A stretch of 60,456 nt of DNA, from the IMG/VR virus record IMGVR_UViG_3300037422_000673, positions 1 through 60,456 of that record. The stretch is one strand, 5' to 3'. Every line of letters begins with the position of its first letter. The first letter of the stretch is position 1. The stretch is from a virus. Taxonomy: Duplodnaviria; Caudoviricetes. Below are positions 35,287 through 43,727 of the stretch, piece after piece. The translations under genes were made by a program, and so were the position numbers. Below the pieces are notes generated by a model. That model saw nothing but the letters and a program-made list of their open reading frames with translations, had not been told where the DNA came from and made no database searches.

Positions 35287-35792
35287 CGCGACTCCCCGCA
35301 GGCGATGGCCCTGTTGGCCCACATCACCGCCTGCTCGAGGTTCGCCAGCGCGAGGTCCTGCTCGCGCCCGGGCGGCGTCAGCTGCGCGATCGTGAGGGCG
35401 AGGAAGAGCGCGTCCTGCCGGAGCGCCTGGTAGCGCGAGGGCTGGTCGCCCGCGGGCGGGTGGTGCGTGAAGGCCTTCTGGATCGCCTCCTCCCGCTCGC
35501 GCGTGAGCGCGTAGCGCGTCGGCCTGTCGGGCGGCGCGTCCACGGGCGGCGGGCCGCCCTGGAAGATGTTCGGGCGTCCGTCGAGCCACACGGGCGGATG
35601 GCCGCGGCCCACCACGCACAGCCAGACGGGGCCGCCCGCCGCCACCGCGGCGCGCTCCTCGTCCGTCGGCCTCCAGCAGGAGATGTACCCCTCCCCGCTG
35701 TCGTGGACGCGGAGGGGCTGGCACTCCTCGTCCGTCATGCCGGCCGGCTTGCCGAACGTGCGGTTCGCCTCGGGGAAGTCGATGGGGTTCAC
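35283..35792 (-). CDS. Unknown N-terminal domain fused to Acb2/Tad1-like helical hairpin (putative immune-signal sponge)
   Basis: C-terminal 'FTHHPP.GDQ..RY..LR....LA..I....P.GREQDLALANLEQAVMWANRAIA'. Confidence 0.7.
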   Translation of the reverse strand: MNPIDFPEANRTFGKPAGMTDEECQPLRVHDSGEGYISCWRPTDEERAAVAAGGPVWLCVVGRGHPPVWLDGRPNIFQGGPPPVDAPPDRPTRYALTREREEAIQKAFTHHPPAGDQPSRYQALRQDALFLALTIAQLTPPGREQDLALANLEQAVMWANRAIACGESR

Positions 35793-36166
35793 TGGATCCC
35801 TCCGTTCACGACGAAACCGTGCCAGCAACCCGCGGCCGACGCGTCGATGCTGGGAAAGAGCGAGAGGTCGTCGAACGTCTCGCCGGTCCGCTGCCACAGG
35901 AAGCCGGGAGGGATGACCGCCGTGCCCGCCTGGAGCACGCCGCCCTGGTACCTGCCCTCGACGAGCGGGCCGTAGAGCAGGTTCCACAGCTTCGAGATGG
36001 GCCGCCGGTCGTGCGTGCCGATGTCCCACGGCGCTCCGCCATCCAGCGGGTTCGCGAACGCCACGCAGATGTACGTCGTCGCGCAGTGCGGGCAGAGGAA
36101 GACCAGCCCCTGGCCGTGGCGCCCGGGCTCCGCCCAGAGCTGCGGCTTCAGCTCGGTGAGCTTCAC
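35789..36166 (-). CDS. DUF6527-like protein
   Basis: 'FLCPHC', 'WQRTGETFDDLSLFPSI....CWHGFVVNG'. Confidence 0.7.
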   Translation of the reverse strand: MKLTELKPQLWAEPGRHGQGLVFLCPHCATTYICVAFANPLDGGAPWDIGTHDRRPISKLWNLLYGPLVEGRYQGGVLQAGTAVIPPGFLWQRTGETFDDLSLFPSIDASAAGCWHGFVVNGGIQ

Positions 36167-36348
36167 CGCGCCCTCCTGCGCTGCGCCTTGCGGGCGCGCC
36201 GGGCAGCCTTGGCCTTCGCGCGGCGCGCCCGAAGCTGCTCCGCGGCGGCCGCATCCGTGACGGTCGGCGCGCGGCCCGACGACTGGAGGTTCGGGACCGT
36301 GTAGACGATCGTGACCTGGCGGCTCGCCGGGTGGCTCTCGGCGCCCAT
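36163..36348 (-). CDS. Small basic hypothetical protein
   Basis: Coupled overlaps; Arg/Lys-rich C-terminus. Confidence 0.5.
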   Translation of the reverse strand: MGAESHPASRQVTIVYTVPNLQSSGRAPTVTDAAAAEQLRARRAKAKAARRARKAQRRRAR

Positions 36349-36740
36349 CACGATCCGACCCTCTCGCTGGCGGCGGGCAGGCGGGGCATCACCGACACGT
36401 CGACGTAGAGGCCGCCGTGGCCGACGTGGATCGACCACGCGAGGCGGCCGTGCGGCTTCGGTGTGGGAACGGAGGCGGGCGCGTCCTCCCACTGGTCCTT
36501 CCCGTCCGCGTCCTTGCCCTTGAACCGGCTCGCGTTGACAAGCCGCCCGTCGACCGCGGCCATGAGATGCATGACGAGCCGCTCGGCGCTCACCGCCTCC
36601 TCGGTCCACGGCACCGCGACGATGTCGAGGTCGCGCGCCATCGACCCGTGCACCGCGATGGCGTAGCCGACCTCGCGGCCCGCCGCGGCGAGCTGCGGCA
36701 CGAGCAGGGTGTATGCGACGGCGGGGCTCGTAGGCTTCAC
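36348..36740 (-). CDS. Minimal pol-beta-like nucleotidyltransferase-fold protein
   Basis: 'AIAVHGSMARDLDIVAVPW' (hGS..DxD) and third acid 'YVDVSV'. Confidence 0.6.
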   Translation of the reverse strand: MKPTSPAVAYTLLVPQLAAAGREVGYAIAVHGSMARDLDIVAVPWTEEAVSAERLVMHLMAAVDGRLVNASRFKGKDADGKDQWEDAPASVPTPKPHGRLAWSIHVGHGGLYVDVSVMPRLPAASERVGS

Positions 36741-37042
36741 GCGTCCCTCCCGGTCGGGAGGTCGCCCGCCGGCCCCAGCTTCACGTTCGCGCCGAGCAGC
36801 GCCTCGTACCGCCGCACCTCCGCCTCCATCCCGTCGGCGAGGGCCGCGGCGAACTCCTCCTCGGTGATGACGCCCTTCGCGATGAGGAGCCGCGCGAGGC
36901 TCCCCTGGTCCACCAGCGCGGTGTTCACGCCCACGCGCAGGTGCTTGTGCGCGCGGTCCACCTCCTCGAGCGCGACGCCGCTCTGCATCCGGCGCTGCGC
37001 CACCGCGTGCCGCTCGAAATCCGCCTTCGCCTTCTCCGTCAT
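36737..37042 (-). CDS. Hypothetical phage protein
   Basis: GGAGG RBS; 'KHLRVGVN', 'LLIAKGVITEEE'. Confidence 0.75.
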   Translation of the reverse strand: MTEKAKADFERHAVAQRRMQSGVALEEVDRAHKHLRVGVNTALVDQGSLARLLIAKGVITEEEFAAALADGMEAEVRRYEALLGANVKLGPAGDLPTGRDA

Positions 37043-37983
37043 GGTGCACCTCCAGCAAGGGCGAGCCCGGCGCGAGCGAGGTCCTCGACCCGCTGCGCGC
37101 CGGGCCCGTCCACGTCCTCAGAGGTCGAGAGCTGGGGTGCCGGCCGCGATCCGGTTTCGCGCGCACCTCTCTCGATCATCGAGGACGGGACTGGCCGCTG
37201 AACCGGCAGCCTCGGCGTCTGCCGACACCGGACCACCACCTCGTCACCCCGGAACGACACCGAGCCCACGCCGTCGAGGCAGGCGTCTTGCGCCGCCGCC
37301 GCGGCGTCGAACGGCAGCACGCGACGCGCGAGGAGCCGGTCAGCCCGCGCCTGGAGCGCGTCGAGCTGATCGAGCAGCTTCGCGGCGGCCGGGGAGGTGG
37401 TGGCCCCTCGCCCGGCCTCGACTGCCACCGCCACGCCGCGCGGGAGGAGAGCGACTCCCCGCACCCGCGGCGTGCCCGACTCCGCCAGGTGCGACCCGGC
37501 GGTGCTGCCTCGTGCGGACCCTTCGACAGCGCCCGCCACCGGGCCCGGGGTCCTCCTGGGGTAAGAGTTGGCCGGGCTTTCCCCGGCCGGGCGCATGGCA
37601 TCCTCCGGGGAGAGAGCCATGCGAAGAAGTGCGGCTGCCCGGGCGCTGCGAGGGGGGACGACCAGCTCCCCGGGCTCGTGGGCCGGCCGCACGGCCCTTC
37701 CTGCGAAGTCGTCGCCGGCCTGCCTCGCCGGCGTGCCGGACGGCGCGCACGCGCCGACCACCGCCATCGCGACGAGCGCCAGCACCATCTGCCGGAACGG
37801 ACCCGGCCGCGTGCACTCCCACACGATGATGTCCCTCAGCGACGCCTTGACCGTCGCGACCTCCACCGGGTTGAGCGGCGCCAGCTCCGGCCACCACGCC
37901 GCGAGCCGCCTCGTGCGCCGGAACCGCTCCAGCGCCGCCCGAGCGGCCCTCACCATCGCCGCGATCCTCTCCTCCCGGGTCAC
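37039..37983 (-). CDS. Hypothetical ORF; central part may be structured RNA rather than protein
   Basis: GTGA coupling at start, ATGA at end; middle is hairpin-dense with unprotein-like translation. Confidence 0.45.
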   Translation of the reverse strand: MTREERIAAMVRAARAALERFRRTRRLAAWWPELAPLNPVEVATVKASLRDIIVWECTRPGPFRQMVLALVAMAVVGACAPSGTPARQAGDDFAGRAVRPAHEPGELVVPPRSARAAALLRMALSPEDAMRPAGESPANSYPRRTPGPVAGAVEGSARGSTAGSHLAESGTPRVRGVALLPRGVAVAVEAGRGATTSPAAAKLLDQLDALQARADRLLARRVLPFDAAAAAQDACLDGVGSVSFRGDEVVVRCRQTPRLPVQRPVPSSMIERGARETGSRPAPQLSTSEDVDGPGAQRVEDLARAGLALAGGAP

Positions 37984-38213
37984 CGCGATCCCCCGCCCTT
38001 GAGAAGGGTCAGCCGGCGGGGCGAGCCCGTCATCGGCCGTTGCGGGCCCGTCGCCTCGGCCCCAGCGTGCGCGCCGGGGGCGGGCGGGCTCCAGCGCGGA
38101 GGGCGGGCGAGAAGGCGCTCGCGCTGCTCGGCCAGCAGCCCGTAGACGATCGCGATCAGGCACACCCCGAAGAGGAACCCGATGGCGATGAGGAGCAGGT
38201 CGCGCAGCATCAC
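37980..38213 (-). CDS. Small single-TM protein
   Basis: N-terminal hydrophobic helix; coupled overlaps. Confidence 0.6.
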   Translation of the reverse strand: MMLRDLLLIAIGFLFGVCLIAIVYGLLAEQRERLLARPPRWSPPAPGAHAGAEATGPQRPMTGSPRRLTLLKGGGSR

Positions 38214-38704
38214 CGTACCCCCTCGAGCCGGCGCTGCGGGCCGGCGAGCTGGATGCCGCGCGCCAGCGCGACGCTCTCCGCGCCGATCCGCTGCACCCGC
38301 AGGCCAGCGCGCTCGATGTCGCAGGCCTCGACGTGGTCCACCCTCCGGTCCTCGAGCGCCTTGTCCGTCACCGCCGCGAGCTCGCCCGCCGCCGCCGCCG
38401 CGCGCATCACGAGGTGCTCGGCTCTCGAGTCCGGGATCGGCGTCGGCAGCGGGACCGCGTCCAGGCCCAGCGGGCGCAGGAGGTCCGACACCAGCGCCAG
38501 GCCGTTCTCGCGCAGCTCCGGCTCCTCGAGCAGCGTCGCGGCCAGCCCGAGGAGCTGGTGCGCCGGGATCGCGCGGCCCGCACACCACGCATCGACCGAG
38601 CACCGCGAGACGCCCATCAGCGCCGCCACCCGCGTCGCCCCCGCACCCCCGCCCCGGATCGCCCGGTCCATCGACCGCGCCACCGCTCGCTCCATCGCGT
38701 CCAT
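38210..38704 (-). CDS. CII-like regulatory protein (CP76-like)
   Basis: Downstream of cro; HTH 'GATRVAALMGVS'; C-terminal 'GEL....KALEDRRVD..E'. Confidence 0.7.
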   Translation of the reverse strand: MDAMERAVARSMDRAIRGGGAGATRVAALMGVSRCSVDAWCAGRAIPAHQLLGLAATLLEEPELRENGLALVSDLLRPLGLDAVPLPTPIPDSRAEHLVMRAAAAAGELAAVTDKALEDRRVDHVEACDIERAGLRVQRIGAESVALARGIQLAGPQRRLEGVR

Positions 38705-38739
38705 GTGCTGCCCCTCCGAACGTTCAGTGAGGACTGCCG

Positions 38740-39003
38740 CTAGATGCTCGACGCCAGTGGAGCGACGCTGCGAGCGTGACGAACCGACCCGCGCCGCCGC
38801 CGCTTCCGCTTCCCTCTGGGCTCGTCCCACGAGGCCGCCTTCACCTCCCCGCCCGTCTCGCGCTCGAGCGCCAGGGCGACCCGGCGACCGGGGCTTCGCC
38901 GACCGGCGACCAGCCGCGACACCTGGCCCTGAGAGATCCCGACACGGGCGGCGAGCGCCGCCTGCGAGACCCCGGCCTTCTCCATCCACTCCGCGAGCGT
39001 CAT
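38740..39003 (-). CDS. Cro-like XRE repressor
   Basis: 'MTLAEWM..GVSQAALAARVGISQGQVSRL..GRRSP....ALALERETGGEV'. Confidence 0.9.
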   Translation of the reverse strand: MTLAEWMEKAGVSQAALAARVGISQGQVSRLVAGRRSPGRRVALALERETGGEVKAASWDEPRGKRKRRRRGSVRHARSVAPLASSI

Positions 39004-39009
39004 GGACGG

Positions 39010-39081
39010 CATACTCATGCCTGATGGCATGAATGTCAATAGGCATGGCATGCCCACAGAACCGGCGCTCTTCTGTACTGT
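39010..39081. promoter_or_regulatory. Divergent PR/PRM-like switch with operators CATGCC-N4-GGCATG
   Basis: Minus strand TTGACA (39039-39034)-17 bp-GAGTAT; palindromes 39016-39031 and 39032-39047; plus strand TACTGT -10 at 39076-39081. Confidence 0.8.
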
Positions 39082-39088
39082 CGTCCGC

Positions 39089-39406
39089 GTGGGGAAGAAG
39101 CGGGACGAAGATCGCGAGGTTGAAGACCGCGTTCGCGCGTGGATCCGCGAGCGGATGGAGCGCCGTGAACTCGGCGTCACCGCCGCGGCCGAGAAGCTCC
39201 GGATGAACCAGGGGAACCTGACCCGGATCCTTCAGGGATCGCGCGGCGTGTCAGCCGGGGTGGCGAAACGGGTGAGCGACACGTTCCAGATCGACCCGGC
39301 TCAACTCCTGAACGAAGACCCCGCCCAAGACTACTTTCGGGAGTACGTGCCCCGACCCGCGCGGAAGGAGCGGCGCGCGGCGGACAAGGGTGGCACCCGC
39401 CAGTGA
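39089..39406 (+). CDS. CI-like XRE repressor (HTH only)
   Basis: Divergent from cro; 'GVTAAAEKLRMNQGNLTRILQGSR'; probably leaderless GTG. Confidence 0.8.
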   Translation: MGKKRDEDREVEDRVRAWIRERMERRELGVTAAAEKLRMNQGNLTRILQGSRGVSAGVAKRVSDTFQIDPAQLLNEDPAQDYFREYVPRPARKERRAADKGGTRQ

Positions 39407-39609
39407 ACCGGGGCCGTCGTCGCCTGCCCGCCTCGCTGTCGTCGAGGAGAAGCAGACGCGGCGCCTGTGGCGACCCTCTCACCAGCCTCCGCACGACAGA
39501 ACCACAGACCGCTCAGGTTTTCGCGCTGCGCGGGTGTTCGTGCCAGAGACGAGGGGTGGACGCACGCGCGGTGAAGGTGGGAGCCTTCCGGGCTGAGCCG
39601 GAGGGGGCC

Positions 39610-40516
39610 ATGGCCGAGCCTGAGGATTACGAGCGGTTCACGGGACGACAGAACCGCGACCGCGACATCCGCGAACTCGAGGGGCTCATCCGCGGCATCG
39701 CGATGGACGGGAAGATCGTTCCCTCGGAGGCGCGCGCGCTCGAGGCGTGGTGTGAGCGCGACCTCAACTGGTGCCCGCCGCGTGCGATGCGCGAGGCCCA
39801 GCAGCGGGTGCGCGAGGCGGCCGCTGACGGCGTCCTGGACGACGAGGAGCGGTCGGACCTGCTCTACTTCTTGTGGCCAGCTGCTCACGGGCGGCGGGTT
39901 CTACGCGGTCGCCACCAACGACATGCAGCGCCTCCACGGCATCCTCGCCGGCATCGGTGCGGACGGCGTCGTGTCCGAGGTGGAACTGCTAGGGCTCCAG
40001 GACTGGATGGAGAAGGCCGAGCACCTGAAGGGCGCGTGGCCGTACGACGAGGTGGAGAGCCTCATCACGCACGTCCTGAGTGACCAGCGCATCGACGAGG
40101 ACGAGCATCGCTTCCTCGTCGCGTTCACCCAGGACTTCCTGCGCTCGACGAACGGGCTCATCCTCGAGTCGCCCTACGACGAGGACCTCATCCGCGCCGG
40201 CGTGTGTGCGGCTGCGCCCGACGTCGAGTTCATCGGCAAGCTCTTCTGCGTCACCGGCACCTCGCCCCGGAAGTCACGGCGCGAGATGGAGACCATCATC
40301 GCCGAACTCGGCGGGCGCCCCCACCTACGCGTGGTGAGCGACCTCGACTACCTCGTGGTCGCGGCGGAAGGGAACGCGCACTGGGCGTACTCGTGCTATG
40401 GCCGCAAGGTCGAGGCGGCGATGGCGCTCCGGCGCGAGGGCGCGCGGCTCACGATCGTCCACGAGACCGATTTCTGGGACGCGGTCCGTGAGCGGCGCGA
40501 GGAACTGGTGTGCTGA
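39610..40516 (+). pseudogene. Tandem TerB-like plus BRCT domain protein, split by a single-base frameshift near 39871
   Basis: 5' frame 'LEGLIRGIAMDGKI..SE' continues in another frame as 'LHGILAGIGADGVVSEVE...FCVTG...LGG...DYLVV...YGRKVEAA'. Confidence 0.8.
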
Positions 40517-40716
40517 GGTGCGCCGCTACCCTGCGGGGCTTTCGCTCCGCTAGACGTCTCTGCGGGGGGGCAGGGAAGGAGGCGAGCGGCCGCGTGTTTA
40601 CTGCAGAAAAACCAGGTTGCCCGCCAGCCAACCGGTTCGTGCACCCGGCCGTTCAGTTGCGCGTGACGCCGCCGTCCCGATAATCTCCTCAGACTTTCGG
40701 GAGCTTCGCTCTCGCC

Positions 40717-41433
40717 ATGACCTACGCCCAGGCCATCCTCCCCAGCGCCCTTGCAGGTGAACCGGCGAGGTTCGCCGCCGTGGTGGACCTCATCTTCGGC
40801 CGTGGCGACGAGACGCCAGCCGAGATGCTGGCCCGCCTCCGCCACGTGACGTTCGGGATGACCGAACCGCTTCGCCGCGCCTCGAGTGACCCGGAGTTCC
40901 GCGCCGCATTCAAGGTCGTCGCGCGCCCGGAACTCTTCGCCGAACTCGCCGAGATCTTCCGGTCCCCGGCAGCCACGCTGCTGTACCGACGCATCATGGC
41001 AGTCGAGCTGCGGCCGGCTCCGCCGCCTCGAAACCTCCAGGCCTCTGAACTCCTCGAGGATCTGGTGGAGCGGTTGGCGCTGCTTGTGGGCGACGACTCG
41101 GCGTCGGTGTCACCGCCAGAGCCCCCGCGGCCCGACGTGTTCGAGTTGGTCGCGGCGATCGACGACGAGGTGACTGTTGCGCTGGCGGGAGCCCTCGTAG
41201 CGCTGACCGGCCTCTCCGCGGCCGCGTACTCCGGCGACCAGTGGGATCCGTGGCAGCTCAACCTGCTCTGGACTCTCGGCGAGCGCGCCGCACTCGACAC
41301 CGCGCGAGGGATGGGCCTCTCGGCAGACGAAGCGCACGCACGGATGACGACGACCTCGGACCGTGCCCTCCTGGCGCGCGGGGTGGACCCTGAGGAGTCC
41401 GACGAGGCCCTCCGGTTGCTCGGGCTCCAGTGA
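40717..41433 (+). CDS. Hypothetical helical protein (candidate antitoxin)
   Basis: GGGAG RBS and TTGCGC/GATAAT-like promoter upstream; acidic C-terminus; 1 nt from the next gene. Confidence 0.7.
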   Translation: MTYAQAILPSALAGEPARFAAVVDLIFGRGDETPAEMLARLRHVTFGMTEPLRRASSDPEFRAAFKVVARPELFAELAEIFRSPAATLLYRRIMAVELRPAPPPRNLQASELLEDLVERLALLVGDDSASVSPPEPPRPDVFELVAAIDDEVTVALAGALVALTGLSAAAYSGDQWDPWQLNLLWTLGERAALDTARGMGLSADEAHARMTTTSDRALLARGVDPEESDEALRLLGLQ

Positions 41434-41434
41434 C

Positions 41435-41779
41435 GTGAGGCCGTACGCTGTCGGGCCGCGCGCGGTGCAGGCGATACGTCGCCTCCCGCCCGTGGAGCGC
41501 GCCGTCGCCGCCGACAACATCAAGCGCATCGTCTCGGACCCGAAGGCGGCCGGGCTGCCAACCGAGTCCCGCCTCTACGAGCCGGGCACCTGGCAGCACG
41601 TGTGCTCTGGCTCCCGCATGGCCGTGTGCTACCGGTGGTCGAGCGACGAAGAGCGGCACCGAGCTGAAGCGGTCCTCGCCGCTGAGGCGGCCCTGCCCGA
41701 CGGCTCAGAACTTCCGTGGTTCCCGCCATCGGACGAGCCGATCGTGATCGTGGACGTGCGCCAGTTCTACGCGCTCTAG
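41435..41779 (+). CDS. RelE/ParE-fold-like candidate toxin
   Basis: 'YAVGPRAVQAIRRLP......NIKRIVSDP', 'RMAVCYRW', 'IVIVDVR'. Confidence 0.55.
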   Translation: MRPYAVGPRAVQAIRRLPPVERAVAADNIKRIVSDPKAAGLPTESRLYEPGTWQHVCSGSRMAVCYRWSSDEERHRAEAVLAAEAALPDGSELPWFPPSDEPIVIVDVRQFYAL

Positions 41780-41834
41780 CGCGCGCGCCGCCCCGGTTTC
41801 CGGGGCATGTCCGACCGGTCGCGATACTGAACGC

Positions 41835-42236
41835 ATGACCCGTCGTACTGGGTCCGCGGCCGTCGCCCGGAGGGCGGCGCCCGAATCCGCGGAAGAGCAG
41901 CTCTGGACGGCGATCCGCGCCGAGTTCGTCTCTGGCCCCCGCGCCTCGCTCCGCCTCCTCGCCGACGCGCACGGGGTGAGCTACGCTTCGCTCACCAGGC
42001 GGGCGCGGCGCGAGCGGTGGCTCGACGTTCGCGCCGGCACGCGACGCGCCCAAGCGCTGGCGGAGCTCGCCGTCGCGCGGGAGCGGGCGGCGCGGGGGGC
42101 GCGCGCCCTGGCCGCCGCGTGCGAGGCCCGCGCCGTCTCGACGGCCCGCCTCGAGCGCATGGCCGCGGACGCGCGGCGCGCCATCGGCGCTCTGTGGACC
42201 GCAGCGGCGGAAGTGAACCACATGCCTAACCCGTAG
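41835..42236 (+). CDS. HTH protein resembling terminase small subunit N-terminus
   Basis: 'WTAIRAEFVSG..SLRLLADAHGVSYASLTRRARRERW'; GATACT -10, leaderless. Confidence 0.65.
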   Translation: MTRRTGSAAVARRAAPESAEEQLWTAIRAEFVSGPRASLRLLADAHGVSYASLTRRARRERWLDVRAGTRRAQALAELAVARERAARGARALAAACEARAVSTARLERMAADARRAIGALWTAAAEVNHMPNP

Positions 42237-42276
42237 CGGTTGCTGGCAGATGGGGTGGCGCCGCGTGTTTCCCGGT

Positions 42277-42313
42277 CATGCCACTTGACATATGCCATGC
42301 CTCTAGGCATCTT
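42277..42313 (+). promoter_or_regulatory. PL-like early promoter overlapped by two operators
   Basis: TTGACA (42285)-17 bp-CATCTT (42308); CATGCC-actt-GACATA and CATGCC-tcta-GGCATC. Confidence 0.8.
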
Positions 42314-42336
42314 CGCGGCAACCACGGGAGGACGCG

Positions 42337-42549
42337 ATGCACGGCACGACGACGCAGGCGGCAGGGACGCAGGGGCAGGAGCGGTACTCGCTGGACGGCC
42401 GCGAGGTCGAGCTCGGCGAGTTCCTCCGGGACAACGCCGAGACGTTCACGATCGCCGACGCGGAGCGGTTCGCGCGGATGCAGCCCGGGGACGAGGTCCT
42501 CGTCGGCGGCGGCGCGGGCGCGGCGTTCCTCCTGCGGCGGGAGGCGTAG
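42337..42549 (+). CDS. Hypothetical early protein
   Basis: GGAGG RBS; first gene after the PL-like promoter. Confidence 0.75.
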   Translation: MHGTTTQAAGTQGQERYSLDGREVELGEFLRDNAETFTIADAERFARMQPGDEVLVGGGAGAAFLLRREA

Positions 42550-42552
42550 GCC

Positions 42553-42804
42553 ATGACCCGCGCTGACAAGCTCGAGCTGCTCGAGACGCTCGCCAACGCA
42601 GCGAACGAGACGCCTCTACGCGCTCGCAAGCTCATCCGCAAGGCGATGGCTGCCGTCGCGGCATCGCTGACCCTCGACGATGCGCTGGCCCTCGACCGCG
42701 CCCGCCGCGCCGCGGGCCTGCCGCCGCTGCCCTCCGTCGCCGAGGTCGTCCTCAACCAGGCGAAGGGCTCCGACGAGGTCCTCGCCGAGGCGGAGGGACG
42801 GTAG
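42553..42804 (+). CDS. Hypothetical protein
   Basis: GGAGG RBS; operonic. Confidence 0.7.
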   Translation: MTRADKLELLETLANAANETPLRARKLIRKAMAAVAASLTLDDALALDRARRAAGLPPLPSVAEVVLNQAKGSDEVLAEAEGR

Positions 42805-42807
42805 CCC

Positions 42808-43098
42808 GTGGCCATTCACCCGTCCGCCATCCAGGCCGAGGCCGAGCGACGCGTGCAGGCCGCTCTCGTGCACATCGAGTCGGCGCAGCACGAGCTCGAG
42901 CGCGCCTGCCAGGAGCTGAGCCCGATCATCGGCCGGCTCCCCGACTACAACCGCACCGCGAAGCTCGCCGCCAAGGCCCACGAGCTTTGGCGTCGCATCT
43001 CCTACGTCCGCCCGCGGAACCGCTACGGCCTGGACGCCGGAGGACTTGCGGACCTCGCGCGGCGCCTCGGCACGCCCGCGCCTGGAGAGCCGCGATGA
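42808..43098 (+). CDS. Hypothetical helical protein
   Basis: GGAGG RBS; operonic. Confidence 0.7.
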   Translation: MAIHPSAIQAEAERRVQAALVHIESAQHELERACQELSPIIGRLPDYNRTAKLAAKAHELWRRISYVRPRNRYGLDAGGLADLARRLGTPAPGEPR

Positions 43099-43436
43099 CC
43101 CGCCCCCGCCTCCACACCTACCGCGTCGGCCTTGGCCTCGAGGAGCGCCAGGTCCAGGCCCCGAGCGCGCTCGCCGCCGCGATCTTCTACGGCTTCCACG
43201 CCGCGCCCTTCGAGTCCCGGTTCCTCGCCGCCGTCCACGAGCAGGACGGGAAGCCGTGGAAAGGCGTCGCCTCGTGGATGGGGTGGGCTTTCGGCGAGGA
43301 GCAGGACCAGGCCGCGCAGGAGCAGCTCGGCCGCGAGCTCCCCTTCTGCCGGTTTGTCCCCGCCCCGGCGCCGCCGTTCACCCCCTGTCCCCGCGGCTGC
43401 CCCGTCCCCCACCACCACCACCAGGAGGCCGCGTAG
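43095..43436 (+). CDS. Hypothetical protein with Cys/His-rich tail
   Basis: ATGA coupling; 'CPRGCPVPHHHH'. Confidence 0.65.
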   Translation: MTRPRLHTYRVGLGLEERQVQAPSALAAAIFYGFHAAPFESRFLAAVHEQDGKPWKGVASWMGWAFGEEQDQAAQEQLGRELPFCRFVPAPAPPFTPCPRGCPVPHHHHQEAA

Positions 43437-43727
43437 ATGGCCACGCCCCGCCAGAGCGCCGAGGCGGCGCTCGAGACGACGCAGCTCCTCGCCGACTTCA
43501 CCTGCGACCAGACCGAGCGGGACCAGCTCCTCGCCTGGGCGCGCAAGAACGGCCGCCCTCCCCTCGCGCTCTGCCCGTGCGGCAGGGCCGTCGTCATCGA
43601 GCACGTCCCGGGCCTCATCGAGGCCGTGCCCGTCGAGGACCGCGGGGCGTGGACCCTCGACGGCATCCGTTGCGGCGCCTGCGTCGCGAGGGCGGTGGCC
43701 GGGCAGGGGGTGGCCTGTGCCGCCTGA
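43437..43727 (+). CDS. Hypothetical zinc-ribbon protein
   Basis: 'CPCG...CGAC'. Confidence 0.65.
   Translation: MATPRQSAEAALETTQLLADFTCDQTERDQLLAWARKNGRPPLALCPCGRAVVIEHVPGLIEAVPVEDRGAWTLDGIRCGACVARAVAGQGVACAA

Noticed and set aside
39403-39609. Extended N-terminus for the BRCT gene from the ORF track
   Set aside because: GGAGGGGG RBS precedes the ATG at 39610; upstream translation is not protein-like
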